Positions 44,492-44,775 of a stretch of 44,775 nucleotides of DNA are shown piece by piece. The position numbers and the translations under genes were made by a program. Source of the DNA: Dimorphilus gyrociliatus (Eukaryota > Animalia > Annelida); the NCBI GenBank assembly GCA_904063045.1, contig CAJFCJ010000091.1, positions 96,883 through 141,657 on the forward strand, written 5' to 3'. Position 1 is the stretch's first letter, and the number at the start of each line of letters is the position of its first letter. The notes below the pieces were generated by a model. It saw only the letters and a program-made list of their open reading frames with translations. It was not told the origin of the DNA and made no database searches.

Positions 44492-44775
44492 TTTTTTATT
44501 GATCATGGATTTTTGTATTTTTACTTTCAGTTTAACATATATCAAAATATATTTTTTTTTTAATTTCTTTTATTTTTTAAGAATGTAAAATTTTTAGTAT
44601 ACAATATATATAAAATTTTAAAATATTGTAATCACAAAGTATTTTAAATGGTTATTGCTAAAAGCTGTGTTTAACTAGTAAAATTATAATATCAATAAAA
44701 TTATGAAATAATTGTAATCACAAAGTATTTCAAATGGTTATTGCTAAAACCTGGTGTTGAACTAGTAAAATTAAA

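Larger units (their letters stand above)
39442..44775 (+). repeat. Segmental duplication of about 7122-14790 (env 3' part, LTR, MULE end, RING-LRR gene)
   Basis: Collinear and near-identical apart from two reciprocal deletions and LRR copy number; runs off the right edge. Confidence 0.95.

Overview
Very AT-rich eukaryotic DNA, probably from an invertebrate animal (51-64-nt GT-AG introns, TRIM-type and ITIH-type domains). It is a nest of transposable elements with a few host genes. (1) Three related Ty3/gypsy (Metaviridae) LTR retroelements. Element 1 (minus strand, 1-5266) is inserted into the integrase of element 2. Element 2 (plus, 5267-9160) has its integrase in frame with a long env-like glycoprotein that looks like a class III (rhabdovirus G / chuvirus G / herpes gB-like) fusogen with a PTAP motif in its cytoplasmic tail. 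Element 3 (25902-32877) is full length, with near-identical 953-bp LTRs, a GTGGG TSD, a tRNA-Ser PBS and a PPT; its env ectodomain is deleted in frame while the TM anchor and PTAP tail are kept. (2) Seven or so Mutator-like (FLYWCH-MULE) copies or fragments, one complete with TIRs and a 9-bp TSD inside a host intron; two carry an N-terminal C4HC3 zinc finger. (3) Two copies of an intronless RING-B-box-coiled-coil (TRIM-like) gene ending in a 171-nt (57-aa) ribonuclease-inhibitor-type LRR array. The N-termini are almost identical but the arrays have about 19-20 versus 5 units, variation is concentrated on the predicted binding face, and one block seems imported from another paralog. (4) A Calx-beta/ITIH-C-terminal gene and a truncated inverted paralog, solo LTRs, LRR pseudogene remnants and a segmental duplication (about 7122-14790 vs 39442-44775). 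Best candidates for an undescribed system: the modular variable-LRR TRIM-like family, and the Pol-fused class III Env with an ESCRT late-domain tail and its ectodomain-less derivative. All alignments and counts were done by eye; no searches were run.
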